Of a stretch of DNA of 64,000 nt, positions 26,750 through 40,300 are shown piece after piece. Source of the DNA: Azolla caroliniana (lineage: Eukaryota; Plantae; Polypodiophyta); assembly GCA_043228905.1 (NCBI GenBank), contig JBHGNT010000007.1:4774001-4838000 (forward strand), given 5' to 3'. The notes under the pieces were generated by a model. It was not told the DNA's origin. It ran no database searches and saw only the letters and a list, made by a program, of their open reading frames with translations. The first letter of the stretch is position 1; each line of letters begins with the position of its first letter. Made by a program: the position numbers and the translations under genes.

Positions 26750-27751
26750 CATCTACATTTAAGTGATTAAACATGTTATGTTAAGTTTTGACCTATTGAA
26801 TGTGTAATTAGTATGAAGTTTAGAGTTTTCTTCCTCATTGATCAATATTCTCTAATAAGCTTAGGAGTGGATTAACAACCACTCCTACTTGTCCCACCAA
26901 CAATAGAGTAGATATTGTCTTGCCCTTGTAAATCTTGGTTCTAGGATGGTTAGGTAGAGCTAGCTAGAACATATGGTAGTCCTAAACTTCCCCACATGAT
27001 CTTAGTGAAATGTATGGATCAAATCCTTTATATTTTTTCATACACCATGTGAAAACTTGTCCATTAATGTTTCTTTATCATTGGGAATATCACAAGCCAA
27101 AAGGGGAAAATGTCCTTGTTGCAACCGTTGAAACTTGATGATCTTTATTCTCAGACTATCTATATCAGTAAGGCTCACTTAGAATTCCTTGATAAAACCA
27201 TCAAAATCTTCTAGAAAGGAGACTTCTTCTCTAGCAATGGTGCGCATATAAACAAAGTTCCAACTACCTAACTCAAGCTACATCAGTTGGATATCAAGTA
27301 GGGTGCATATAAATCATGTTATTCACCTAGTTTAGGAATCCTAGAAATTGGGTTTGGTACCATTGAATATTTCTAGCAGACCAATACTTGGTTCTTTGAT
27401 GGAAGCTTGTTGTGTTGAATCTTGTTTTCAAAAATATTGCAATGATATTTCAAGTTAAGAGACTTTTCTTTGATAACTCATCACGTTATTGTGTCCTTAA
27501 TCTCCCATTGGTTTCCCTACTTTAGTGCTAAGAATTTATTAATGAGGCACTCCAATTCAAAGAGAACACATTTATGTTCTTGTATATTAAAAGTATCCAA
27601 GATAATGAGAGAGCTTAATAAGATTCTAGAAAAAAATGGAGAACGGAAAGAAATGAAACACTTTAGACTATCACAAACCAAAGCCAAAAACTATATTAAA
27701 TTGGAAAAGAGATTAAGAAGAAAGGGAGAATAAGGAGAAAGGAATTTGTAT

Positions 27752-29120
27752 TGTGGTGTGCATGTGTTCCTTTGTGCCACCCTTTTAGCACACCCTTTTT
27801 AGCTAAGTCAACCCAAATGAGTACCTTTGTATCAACTATAAATTGAGTAAGGAGTAAGACGCTAACTAGACTGGTTTTGATCTCTTATGTGCATTTCACA
27901 TATTGGTGGAGATGCGGGGTACTAGTCCCCCACGTCCAAGCATCCACCTCTTCCCCCTCACCTTAGGTTGCCCACTAATTTCTTGTCCCACGAGTTTCCC
28001 TAATCCCCCTCCTACACAATAGCCCTCCTATCCCCCACCTCAACCAAGTCCAAGTGGCCCTCAGTCCACAGGAGTGATTGGTCTCTATCCACCTATAGCC
28101 CTCATGTCCCCACCTCAACCAAGTCCAAGTGGCCTTCAGTCCACAAGAGGGATTGATCTTTCTCCGCCAATTGATCTTTCCCTGATCCCCCTCCGACACG
28201 ATAGCCCTCATGTCCCCCACCTCAGCCAAGTCCAGGTGGCCCTCAGTCCACATGAGGGATTGATCTTTCTCCGCCAATTGATCTTTCCGTGATCCCCCTC
28301 CGACACGATAGCCCTCCCGTCCCCCACCTCAGCCAAGTTCAAGTGGCCCTCAGTCCATAGGATCAATTGATCTCTATCCGCCTATAGCCCTCTTGTCCCC
28401 CACCTCAACCAAGTCTAGGTGGCCCTCGATCCACAAGAGCGATTGATCTCTATCCGCCTATAGCCCTCATGTCCCCCACCTCAGCCAAGTTCAGGTGGCC
28501 CTCGGTCCACATGAGGGATTTTTTATCTCTATCCGCCAATTGCCAGCTCGTTTTTCATCACTAGCCCCATCCAACTATTATCTTATTAGGGCCGCTAGTT
28601 CCACGGGGATGTCCTCAACATCGTTGCAGCTCAACTAGGTGTCTAGCAAATGCTTAAGTCCCCATACCATCCTCAAACCAATGGCCTCACCAACCACCTC
28701 AACAAGACCCTCAAGCAGGAGGTTGTCGCACGAATCAGCCCTTCGACAAGCCAGATCCTGAAACCTACAAGACGCACAGCTGCGCTAGAAGCATCGAGGG
28801 ATTCGGCTCGTTCACCGTAGTTCGTGCCATCAAATCCACTACGTACTTGCTCCGACATGATACGAACGGTCGATTGGCCTCCGCCCATGTTGCCCACATC
28901 AAGACATATACCACCCTAGGCCTAGTTTTTGACCCCCATACTTTTCCCATGTCGTAAAACTCCTTATTTCTCTCAGGGGGGAAATGTGGTGTGCATGTGT
29001 TCTTTTCTGCCACCCTTTTTAGTTAAGCCAACCCAAATGGGTACCTTTGTATCAACTATAAATTGAGTAACAAGTAAGAAGCTAACTAGACTGGTTTTGA
29101 TCTCTTATGTGCATTTCACA
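27752..29120 (+). mobile_element. TRIM-like miniature LTR element with tRNA-Ala PBS
   Basis: Direct repeats 27752-27900 and 28985-29120 (TG..CA); PBS TGGTGGAGATGCGGGGTA 27904-27921; PPT AGGGGGGAAA 28975-28984; integrase relic HPQTNGLT ~28668-28692. Confidence 0.85.
28020..28540 (+). repeat. Tandem array of 6 units (~75 and ~106 bp) inside the TRIM-like element
   Basis: Repeated TAGCCCTC..CCCCCACCTCA(A/G)CCAAGTCCA(A/G)GTGGCCCTC core. Confidence 0.85.
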
Positions 29121-29677
29121 ATATAATTAACAATGACAATATTTACATTAACACCCCAAAGACTAGCATTCACAACCGGAATGGTTCAAACAATGCAACA
29201 CCTCCTCTAGATACAATACACCATCATGTTATGCATGGTTGCCACTTGGTTGTCATGCACAACTTCCACTTAAGTATCATATGTGCATACCACTTGGCAA
29301 TCATACATAACTAGATGGTGATGTCTTAACTATTCCAGAAGAAGTTATAATACTTGATTGCATGAAAGTACCCCCCCCCCCCCCCCCCCAAAGACTAGCA
29401 TTTCACAATATAATTAACAATGAAAATATTTACATTAACACCCCAAAGACTAGCATTCACAACCGGAATGGTTCAAACAATGCAACACCTCCTCTAGATA
29501 CAATACACCATCATGCTATGCATGGTTGCCACTTGGTTGTCATGCACAACTTCCACTTAAGTATCATATGTGCATACCACTTGGCAATCATACATAACTA
29601 GATGGTGATGTCTTAACTATTCCAGAAGAAGTTATAATACTTGATTGCATGAAAGTACCCCCCCCCCCCCCCCCCGC
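29111..29677. repeat. Near-identical ~287-bp tandem duplication ending in poly-C
   Basis: GCATTTCACAATATAATTAAC... at 29111 and 29398; each copy ends GAAAGTA followed by a C-run. Confidence 0.85.
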
Positions 29678-32600
29678 CTGAAACATGTGAATCCCTGGAT
29701 TTATTAAAGGTGTGAATGTGGCTTGCAATAGGGTTGGGAACAATCTTATATATTTTAAAGTCGTTGTCAAAGCTTTAACATCCAAATTTGGCTTTATAAA
29801 GAGCAATGACAAAAAGTGTGAAGAGGAAAGATGTTAAAGCTCATATTTAATGTTTTTCCCTATTCAAATGAATTTCTTCAAATAATAGCGAGTCAAACTT
29901 CTATAATGTAAGAAACCCACCTTTTCTTCCTCAAGATTTCAAATATGTATATATTCCTAAAATTCAATTCAAATTCGCATCATTAGGTTATAATTTAGTG
30001 TACAAAAGTTTACAATTGGTATTGAAAAACTATTTATATCATAGTCTACCATAAATACAAACTACTAGATTCTTTATAGGAAATACTTTATCGGAGATGT
30101 CCATGGACCATCATCATGCATGTGGAGCACAACCTTCCAAGAACATCAACTATCAGGAGAAATATATTCCTTTGGGTCACTAGAGAACAAAAGTGGCTAG
30201 AATGTCTTCTTTGTTGCCAATTCTATTACCACTATGCATTATTGTTTTAAAGCTAAGAATCGATCTCTTCCTCTGCAAGCGGTGAAAGGAGGTCATCAAA
30301 TTTTATATCGATATCCTTCTCTTTTAAAGTGCTTGCTAGAAGTTGAGATGTATCTCCCCATCATTAAGAAATGCTTGGTCCTTCAATACTCGGAATTCAA
30401 ACTTTTGCATTGATTGGTGGATAGGTAACATCTTATAGAAAATATGTTTCCATTAACACGAAATATATGGTACCTAAAATGACAAAGATTATTGATCTTA
30501 TTACTTGACAAGTAGATTCGGAAAGCGGCTTGGGCATCATAGTCATACGAAAAAAGTTGATCATGGGTGGTAGGAAAATGAGCATTTGGTGTTCATTTTG
30601 TCTAAGAACACAAAATACAAACTCCTAAAAAGCTCTCTTCAAATTAAAGATAGAAATGTACGACTTCAAACATTCACTACACTGAAACTACCATCGAAGG
30701 GACCCACCCATCTATTCTTTATTCAAGAGTTGGCATTGTGGAATTATCTTACGTCGGACCCACTTAGCCGAAAGCATTTGAGTATGCGAAGGAAACATTG
30801 GTTCGTGTATGTGTGGATGGGGGGGGGTTGCTCATGTCTTCATTCATGCCTCAATCAAAAGGTAGTTCTATGAATAGAGAATCAATCACATGTCTAATAT
30901 TTCATCTCTCATGATAATAAAAAGATTGATATAATTTTCATATTTTGTGACTTAGTAAAATATTTAAGAACATGTCATTTTTTTCAGGATTGTAAGAGAA
31001 TGAATGGGATGCTTCATTCCTTACTACTTGTAAAAGGGTTGAAATGTATTGAAATGCAAAAGTGTTTTTTACTGGTAATCATGACTATATATATTTGGTT
31101 ACCATGGCTATATCATATATGCATATGATATCTATATGGTTAGAGTTTCTTGTGATTTGGACCTATGACACGAAAGCAAAATGACAAAGTGAATTATGTG
31201 TGAGAATATCTTAATGTTTTGGTTTGGTTCAATTTTAAGCGATAAAGATATAGCTATATTTTTTTTAATTCATGATCACAAGTTCGGAAATAATGACGTT
31301 CTTACATGCATACGAATAGATGCATATAATATACATATTTCATTTGGAATAATACATGATATGTTAAGGCTCAAAAATGAGGTGAAAACCCACACTTGGC
31401 GCTTGCAGTGTATCACATTAGAAACATTTGCATGACAAGAAATCGTTAGTCATATTGAAAATTTGAATATCCTGAGGATGAGAAGAAAATTGCCCAAACT
31501 TCTCCTAATAGACCCATGAAAAAAAGACGCTAAAGGGGTGACTGTCCCAAGACAAAACTAATAAGAGAGCATTGGAACCTTCATATAGAAACCATAAGTA
31601 CATATATACACCATGATATCAATAACGTTGCTAATAAACATGATAGAGTAGGCAAAAGACAAGTTTATTTTCAAAGTTTGTCGATCCTTGTTGAGGCACT
31701 TTGGCCTTGACAAAAAAGAAAAACCTAAATCATCACATAACAAAAGACGAAGTGATGAACATGATAAATTAGGTAAAAGACAAGTTTATATTTCCGAGTT
31801 TGTTGAGCCTTGTTGAGGCACTTTGGCGTTAATGAAAAAGAAAAACCTAAATCATCACATAACATTGTAGAAGCTTTAGAATCAACTCCCTTGCTTTTAT
31901 AATTTTGGCCCCAATTTTGATGCAACCATGCTATAGAAAATCGAGCAACTATGCAAGAATAAGCATGTCCCTCATTGTTGGTTACTCATAATGTGAAGAT
32001 TTACAATTTCCAAGGACAACCCATAAGGATACAAAAACCACATCACAATTAACATAATTACATTTAGTGCACACACACACACAACGCAAAAAAAACTTTG
32101 TTGGTGTATATATGTACACATAGATGTAGGGATTTTCAAAACTAGTAGCTAGTTATGTAGAAGAAGAGACGTTGTAATCCATGTTGAAAATGTATGCAAA
32201 ATTTACATTGCACTAATATCTGTCCAAACATTATCTATGGGAAATGTGATACAATGCACTCAAGAACTAATGGATGTTACAAGGGTATAAGCTATTTGTG
32301 TACATAGGGAAGGTTCAAACACATGTGTACATCACACAAATAAAGGAATGACTCGTTATAGAATATAGACACAATGGTGTGATGGATCAAGCGATTGATA
32401 TGCAACGTTGGATAATGTGCATCTTATATATGCATGAGTAAAAACTGAGCATACACATGTTTACTTATGCATGAACACATAACTCATTGGCATTCATTGT
32501 ACACATTAGATTCACATAGAAAAAGATAAACCGATAGACATACATGCATCTCTACACACATGCACATGGGTGGGTGTGTTGTGCCACGTGTGTATTATAT

Positions 32601-35196
32601 ATGTGTACACACAAATATGTACATTGTGGGTCATGGAAGTCATGAATCGTGATTTACATCACCATGATATTGATCAACATGCATTTGTGTGATAGTGCAT
32701 GCGACCAATCTCTCTATGTTTCTCTCTGTAGATATATATATTACACATACACATTGGATCATGATGATCACAATACATACATGACAAGCTATGACGATGA
32801 TATGTAGGTATGCATGTGTGTTGGCATTGGAAACTACGAAGGAATGCCAATATTGATATATGAGCTCAACTATACATTTCTATTGGATTTTGTTCCCCTT
32901 GTAGATTTCTCGAACTAACAACTTCGAATTTTAAACTGGCGGATTAGTGAATGAAGGAACCTTTTTTCTTGAACATTGTTAACACACACACACACATAAA
33001 AATACCACAAAATAAGTTTTCAACAATAAACTATTGTTTATTCCTATCAGATTGTGTTCTCTCTAGAAATATTTCTTGTCGATGGGTTCAAGAATTTACT
33101 CATTGTTCTACCGAGTGTGCCATAGAGATTAAGTAGAAAATTGATGAACTTTAATCCTATTATATTCTCCATGGTTGAATTCAATCCAACTGACATTTCA
33201 AAATTGAATGATGCCATTTTCCTCGAACATGATGTCATTCGCCAAACCCCCATGGGATGTGAACACACAAGAATGATGCTAAAATGTGTCCCTTTGTTGA
33301 AGGCGGACATCATGACCTACCAAAGCATAGTAGCGTCAAGGAGTTGTTTAGTGTGCAACTCATGTATAAGAAAGGACACAAGAAATACACGGTAGTGTTT
33401 AGTAGTGTAGGAATCATTAAGACACTCAACCATTCAATGTACATATAATTAAAACATTTGGTAATCCAATTATAAATAAGCACCAATTGGCTGCACTTAT
33501 TGTGTCTTAACAAAGTTGTTGGTGTAGGGAATCAATGGAAAAATGTTGGGATTAGGATGAAATGGGTGGTCGTTGCGAACACAACTCGACTCAAGCAAAC
33601 ATTTCGTTAAGACCCCCCCCCACACCTCCTTCAATTTTGAATGTTCAAACTCATCCAAAGAAAAATGTTTTCATTAAAAATTGTTGAGCTAACAAGTTCA
33701 AAGTTTCAAAAGTTATTTTAGGGGAGGAAATCATTTCTTCCATACTATATACATACATTTCACCTCGAGAGAACCCAAGGCATCAAATCATACTAGAACT
33801 AGTAAGGGAATTATTTAATTATTCAAGATCAGATGAGAAGATTATGATTTATTGACAACCATGATAAACATGACTCATGACACATGACCTAATGTTTGAA
33901 TTTTAATAGGGCCAGCATGACTTATATATGAGACCTTATATTAATCGTCTTTAATAGAAGTGATCGGATTTTAAGTCAAAATGGTTGTGCTAATTTGGAT
34001 TACATATAGTATATCGTGTAATATGCATTTATTTCAATAGTTTAACTCGTGTTGTAACCACAATGATTTGCTTTAATTAATTTTGAATTTAGCTATTCAT
34101 CGCATCAATTAATTTGAATAAATAATGAGCAAATTTGGCTATCGTTAGTACAATATTTACACGTCAAGTGGAAAATATAACTTTTCTGTTGGAATACGTG
34201 GTTATGAAACTGTTTGAAGAGTTGCCAACATCGTTCATTTATGTTTTCTTGATCTTTATTTGATGTATACATAAATATAAATAGCTTTCTTGAACATATC
34301 TGTGTTATGATGTTATACACAAATTTCGGCTTTCAACATGATGATTATATTTTACTCTACCGTTGCAAGAAGCCAAATACTTTTTTTATAAAGCTAAACT
34401 TTAAAGAGCATATATAAAAAGGGATAATGTTTGGTAGATGTCCTTGATGTATCCATCATTTGTGTTGGTGATAGCAATAACCTTTTAGTTGCAAACAAGT
34501 AATTACATCTCTATAATTGGATACTTGGATTTTAGCTTAAGAAACATAGCAAAAGGCCGAGGATATATGCAATGTTTGTTTCGATATACATATGTACATA
34601 TGTCCAAGGATATATGCCGGTTGGCAAGAACTAAACCGACAATGAATGACATATTTCTGTATAAAATATACCACACGGGATTGGAAATTATATTCAAATC
34701 TATAGCAACTTAATAGTAACTCTAAAAACCTATAAGGCAATAATTCAATTAAATAGGGGGAGGGGGCTATTAAAGCACTCAAGTCACAATCTAAGTCAGT
34801 CAGTCGAAGGGGCCGATGAACTCCGTCTTAGTGACAAGCTAACTCACGGACTTTTTTAAACTCATACATGAACTTATAAAACAAAAAACAAAAAAGAATA
34901 CAAACTTCCCAGACTCGGGGCGGAATAAAGCGCACATGACTCGTCAACAACATGGCTCATTAACCAACTTAGTGACTCAACATCTCCAGGACAAAAAAAA
35001 CGAAGAAATAGTGAAGAACCATGGAAGGGAACATCGGGGGGCATGGCGAGGAAAGAATTACATACATATAGAAGAACTCGTGGGTGAGGTGGTGGGAGAC
35101 TAAGTAGAGAGTGAGAGTGAGAGAAGCCATAGCTATAAGGATAGGTCTTCTCCATTTGGTTGGTTCTTCGTTAGATGATGATGATAATAAAATAAA

Positions 35197-35272
35197 GGGA
35201 AAAGTATGAGGATACCCCCGGAAGTTCGTCTATTTATCAGAATGCCCCTGGAAGTTCCAAATTTACCAAACT
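35197..35272. mobile_element. Single arm of the same Mutator-type MITE family as 12984-13114
   Basis: GGGAAAAGTA..GGATACCCC..GAAGTT.GTCTATTTA.CAGAATGCCCCTGGAAGTT.CAAATTTACCAAACT matches one MITE end. Confidence 0.8.
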
Positions 35273-35526
35273 GCCCCTATGTCCAAAATAAAATAAAATA
35301 AATTTTTTCCCTAAAATAAATAAATAAATTAAAAACAAAACAGAGAAAAACAAAAAAAAAAAAGAGGAAAAAAAACTGGTATGAAAGAAGCAAAGAAGGA
35401 ATGGTTAAAGAAAATGGTGGTTGCTATAAATAAATAATATATAAAATAAAAAATATATATAAATGTTTTCTTTTGGAGGGTGCATTAGTTAGTGGTGGTG
35501 GTGGACATCTGCTGACAGGGCGTGCC

Positions 35527-35569
35527 TTGACCGAGCCGATCGTTGACCGTTGACTGTTGACCCGGTCAA
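35527..35569. promoter_or_regulatory. Cluster of five WRKY W-boxes upstream of the PADRE gene
   Basis: TTGACC 35527, TTGACC 35543, TTGACT 35550, TTGACC 35557, GGTCAA 35564. Confidence 0.65.
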
Positions 35570-35734
35570 AGCGGAACATGCTGGGACCCTTTTCCACATC
35601 CCCCCCCCCCCACTCAGACGAATTCCATTTAAGAAAAAACGGAAGAAGCTTGAAAGCTATGGCGACAGCACAGCCGACAGAGAAGAAAGATTAAAAAGAA
35701 CAGAGAAGAACGCAGAAAACACAGAAGACAAGAG

Positions 35735-35950
35735 ACAGAAAGAGAGAAAGAGAGAGAGAGAGAGAGAGCGACAGAGACAGAGACAGAGACAGAGACAGAG
35801 ACAGAGACAGAGACAGAGACAGAGACAGAGACAGCTCCGTCTTTTGTCCTCTTTCCTACTTCTTCTCTCTTTTTAAGCTAAGTAGTGCTGCTCTCTGCAG
35901 CGAGAAAAAGAAGAAGAAGAAGAAGAAGAAGAAGAAGAAGCAGAAGAAGG
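35735..35950 (+). repeat. (GA)n, (GACAGA)n and (GAA)n microsatellites in the probable 5' leader
   Basis: Directly visible repeats. Confidence 0.9.
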
Positions 35951-36457
35951 CAACCACACACGAAAGCTTTTCATTCCTTTCATGATTCATCCATTTCCCT
36001 CCCTTCCTTCTTCGATTCAGAGTGTCAGACAAGAGCAATGGTAGCAGTCATGACTCGTGAGTTGAGTTGATCTGATCTGATTGATTGATTGATTGCTTCC
36101 AACCCCACTCCTCCCCCTTAATCTGCTCTCTACCTCCTCCTCTTTCATTCATATCAGAGAATATGATGATGATGACCTAATTTTCAGAATACCTTCTCTG
36201 TCATTCCTCCCCATCCATAGCCTTACACTCTAATCTGGTTTGTACTGGTCTCTGTCTCTCACAGAGCAAAACCCTAAATCCTGTGCACGTCCATTTCCTC
36301 GAAACCCTAACCCCCTTTTGCTTTTTCACAGATACCCTAAAACCTCCCCCGCTTGCAAAACACCTTAACCCTAGCTTCATCATCCTCCCTCAAACATCAT
36401 TTATCTGTTTCTACAAAACCCCTTTCTTCAGGAAACCTGTCACAAAGAAGAACAGCT

Positions 36458-37363
36458 ATGGGAAACACACTAACCTGCGGATTAGGGTCCGTTCCTTCTA
36501 AACACGTGGTCAAGCTCATCCACAGCAATGGCCTTGTCGAAGAGTTCCACAGACCTGTCAAAGCTCGAGAGCTCACTGTAGATTATCCTCACCATTTCAT
36601 CGTTAACTCTGAGGATCTCATCTTGAGCTTCAGCCATGGCGATGGCAACGGTGGAATTTCGAATCGTAACAGTTTACCTTCTAATCTCTCAGATGAAGAA
36701 GAAATGGAGATCGGGCAGATGTACTTCTTGTTGCCAAAAACAGTGTTTGATCATGATTACCGATCTTCTCGACTTGATCTCTCTGCCATCGCCACCATTG
36801 CTTCAAAAGCAAGGAAATCAACAAACCACAGGCGAAGATCAGGTCTTCATGCTTCTATGAAACAATTGGCTCCACTGCCACAGCTCCCTTCTTCTTCTCC
36901 ATCATCACCAGGCTTATATTTAAATGCCAAAGCAGAAGAAGATGGTGGTGATGACTCTGATAAGAATTCAGAAACAAAAACGAAGAAGACGAACACGAAA
37001 GATGCGCCATATCCCCCTCAACTAGACACAAAAGCCGACGATCCTGATGCGGATCAGAAGGTGAGATTTTCGAAAGAGTTTGTGCAGAAGCTTCTTGCAG
37101 AGACAAAGCTGAAGCTTCAATCTAATCCAAGAGGCGTCCTAGCCATGGATCCATCTAAAGGTCCTCTGAGTAATCTTTCTCGTTGCTCTTCTGTTAACGC
37201 AAACACAGACACAGTAACCATGGGTGGTGCCCTGGGTGTCATGATTTCTGCAGAGATGCAGACTGCATATACCCGACACATTCTGGATCGAAGCTTCGCA
37301 AGGCTTTGGCGACCTCCTCTTGATACCATCGCTGAAGATCATCAGATCCTGTTTTTAAGCTAA
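36458..37363 (+). CDS. PADRE / DUF4228 family protein (301 aa, intronless)
   Basis: N-terminal MGNTLTC (myristoylation/palmitoylation-type), VKLIHSNGLVEEF..PVKA.EL..DYPHHF, EIGQMYFLLP, C-terminal WRPPLDTIAE. Confidence 0.92.
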   Translation: MGNTLTCGLGSVPSKHVVKLIHSNGLVEEFHRPVKARELTVDYPHHFIVNSEDLILSFSHGDGNGGISNRNSLPSNLSDEEEMEIGQMYFLLPKTVFDHDYRSSRLDLSAIATIASKARKSTNHRRRSGLHASMKQLAPLPQLPSSSPSSPGLYLNAKAEEDGGDDSDKNSETKTKKTNTKDAPYPPQLDTKADDPDADQKVRFSKEFVQKLLAETKLKLQSNPRGVLAMDPSKGPLSNLSRCSSVNANTDTVTMGGALGVMISAEMQTAYTRHILDRSFARLWRPPLDTIAEDHQILFLS

Positions 37364-40300
37364 ACCAAAAAAACTTCCATATCTATATACCTCAGTGAAA
37401 TTCTCTCGGGTTTCCTTTTGCTCAGTAAAATCACGTCATCAGAAGAAAAGCACTTCCATCTCCATCTTCTTCATCAGTAAATATATAATGGCGAAAATCT
37501 CGTCTTAATTGCGAAAGACTGAGAGATATCTTTTCACCTCCCCATTCTGTTCTTCTTCTTCTTCATCATCATCAGAAATATATACTTCTGGTAAGTCTTA
37601 CAAGATTAAGGATTGAGATAGCGAAGATTCTATCTCCTACATCAGCAAATCCTCGGATCTTGCAGAAAGGCTTCGTCTGCATCTCATCATTCTCATGAAA
37701 TCGGGCTGTATGTAACATATGCCATAGCTGAAGAAGACGGAAATTTGGCACTGGCATGCAACCTTAAACAAATTGAAACACATGAGGGAGAGAGACAGAC
37801 AGACAGACGTTCAGTCTCCACCTCTGTCACATAAAATCGTTTCTGATACTTACGCTAGAGGATTGTCTTCACCATTTTTGGATCTCTCCATCATCGACAA
37901 CCAGATCGACTCAGAGATCATAGTACTGTAATTTCTTCCTTGAATTGTGATCTTTTTCTCTTCAGAGGGATCAATACTACTTACTCTAGAGGATTGTCTT
38001 CACTACATTTTGGATCTCCATCATCTGACATCCAGATCGATTCGTTGATCATAATACTATCATTTGTTCCTTGGATTGTGATCTTTTTCTCTTCAGAGAT
38101 CAAAATATAATACCATATCAAAATTCTGTTTATACTCAACTCTTCTTGTTTACAATTGTTATTGGGTGTGACCATGAGAGCAAGAAACGACAATCAATAT
38201 ACCTTGCCATTATGTTATTTGCCAATCTTTAACAATGTCTGTCAATTTGTGATCACATTGAGCCAAATTTGGAATTCTGTCTACATTCTTACCATCCTCA
38301 CGAAACTGATCTGAATTGTGTTTAATTTAGTTTTTATGGATGCTTAAGAGATCCTTGGTTTTGTTCTTTTTACAGAAGTGAAGCTCGCTTCCTAGATGTT
38401 TCTTTAATTTAGTAGAGCACTTTAAGTGTAGGAATTTGGCGATGGTTCTTTTGGAGTAGAACTGAAATCGCGAAATTGTGGCATAATAATGGCTTAAACC
38501 GATTCAGGAGTTAACCAGTTTGGTTTGGTCTGGTTCGGCTTGGGGCCTCATGTGTACTGTTTGAGCCTTTAATGTCTTAAAGGTTTGGAGGGACATTTTT
38601 AAGAACATATATGGACTAACTTTAAAAAACCTGTAATATTATTATGTGTTGTATGAGTTTTTAACATTTAACCCTAACGAATAAGTTTTAGTTTTAGTTT
38701 GAGTCAATGTAATTCGTTAACTATGATTGTTAGCCGAAACCAAAGAGTGAATTTGTGGCTGGCCGCTGAACCACTTAATAGTTTGTACATCTCTTGAATG
38801 GTTTGGTTTGAATGGTTCAGGTTTGAAAGTTTTGGAGTTATTTTTTTTTTGAGTTCAAGACTCCCAAACCGAACGGAATTGAATTGTTGCCAATTACTAA
38901 GGCTATCCAAAGGTGTCTTCCCCCTCTTGTCTAAATAGCTTTTAGAGTGTGTATGTATCTTTCAATTGTGTTTTCCATAGATACTCCTTTTTCTTTCAAA
39001 TCTTTGTTAAGGGGTATATGAAGTGATGTCTTTTTTGACTAGTTAGGTATTGTAGGTTAAAAATTGTCATGTTTCCCCATTTTATTCCATGCCATTTGAT
39101 TGATTGTGTAACTTGTTGATCAAAAGCTTGTGAGGCATCTTGCGTTTGAGGATTTGGTCTTAATTCTAGAGCTACTTTGTAGTACATGCAATTTCTAAAT
39201 TTGGTAAGATTATTGGAGATCATGGACTAAATGGATATAATGTAACCACATGGTCTTCCATTAGCAACGTTTGCACTCTCATTGTATGATATTTCTATTG
39301 ACAAATTTCAAATTTTCTTTGAATTCTTTCAAGCATAGCTTTATACCTTTATATATTAATATGTTTTTGTGGCTGTTGAGCTCATCTTCAGTTTTAATAT
39401 AAAGTGTTACTTCGAAAAATATATCTCAAGCTTGAGAAGCATAGTTTCTTTGAATTTCTCATCTTCAAAATGTATTGTGGATATCAAATGACACATGAAA
39501 CCTTGTCTAAACACTCATTTTGGTAGTCAATACAAACATACAAATGCAATTCACTTTGGATGTGGCATAGGTGTCTAGTCATCGATATCAATGACACGTC
39601 AAACCTTGTTCAAACTCTTATTTTGTTAGTACATGTATATATGCAAAGCCAAATAAATCATTTAGCATATGGCATAGGTGTCTTGTCATGGATGTAAATG
39701 ATTCCCATGTTATTAGTCAAGGGATTGCGAAATTGAGGCCCCTCAAGTTTCGCTACTCTTGGTTGATGATTGTTTCCTCCTCTGACTTTTCTAGAGCTTT
39801 CAAACCTCCTAAAATCATGTAATTCTCTTTTGATTTTCTAGAACATACCAAATCACTAAAGTTAGATATCAACATCTATCTTGGCATTGTCCATGCTTTC
39901 TATATGTACACGTAAACTCTTTGAAGGGCATTAGTCTTCTTCAAATATGTAGACTATTGGGCCCTAGTGGACTCTATTCATTTTTCTCTTAGTTTGATAG
40001 ATGTGTAACTATGTTGATTAGATGTAAGCATAATGAATATAGGGAATCCTTATTTTTCTCATATAATTCATAGAAAACCCTTTTGTTTATATTCAACCTA
40101 AATCTTATTTGTTCGTATAACCAACCCTATGTTGCTTTCATGTGTTGATATTCGACTTTTCCCACTCTTCAGTTCCACTTTTGAGAATGTATCAAATGAT
40201 GTTATGTTATCTAACAATGAAGTTTTACAATGGTTTTCCGTTAAGTTAACTCTCTTCCAATAAGACACGCTAACCAAACAAGATGATCAACTATCTTGTG

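Noticed and set aside
29680-34800. Possible decayed coding or transposon relics in the AT-rich region
   Set aside because: No recognisable motif, TIR or TSD; only a ~120-bp duplication near 31640-31864
36353-36457. N-terminal extension of PADRE from a TTG start
   Set aside because: The family N-terminus is MGN (myristoylation), so ATG 36458 is the likely start
38470-38890. Possible hAT-type MITE with AAACCG/GGTTTG subrepeats
   Set aside because: Could not define TIRs or a TSD
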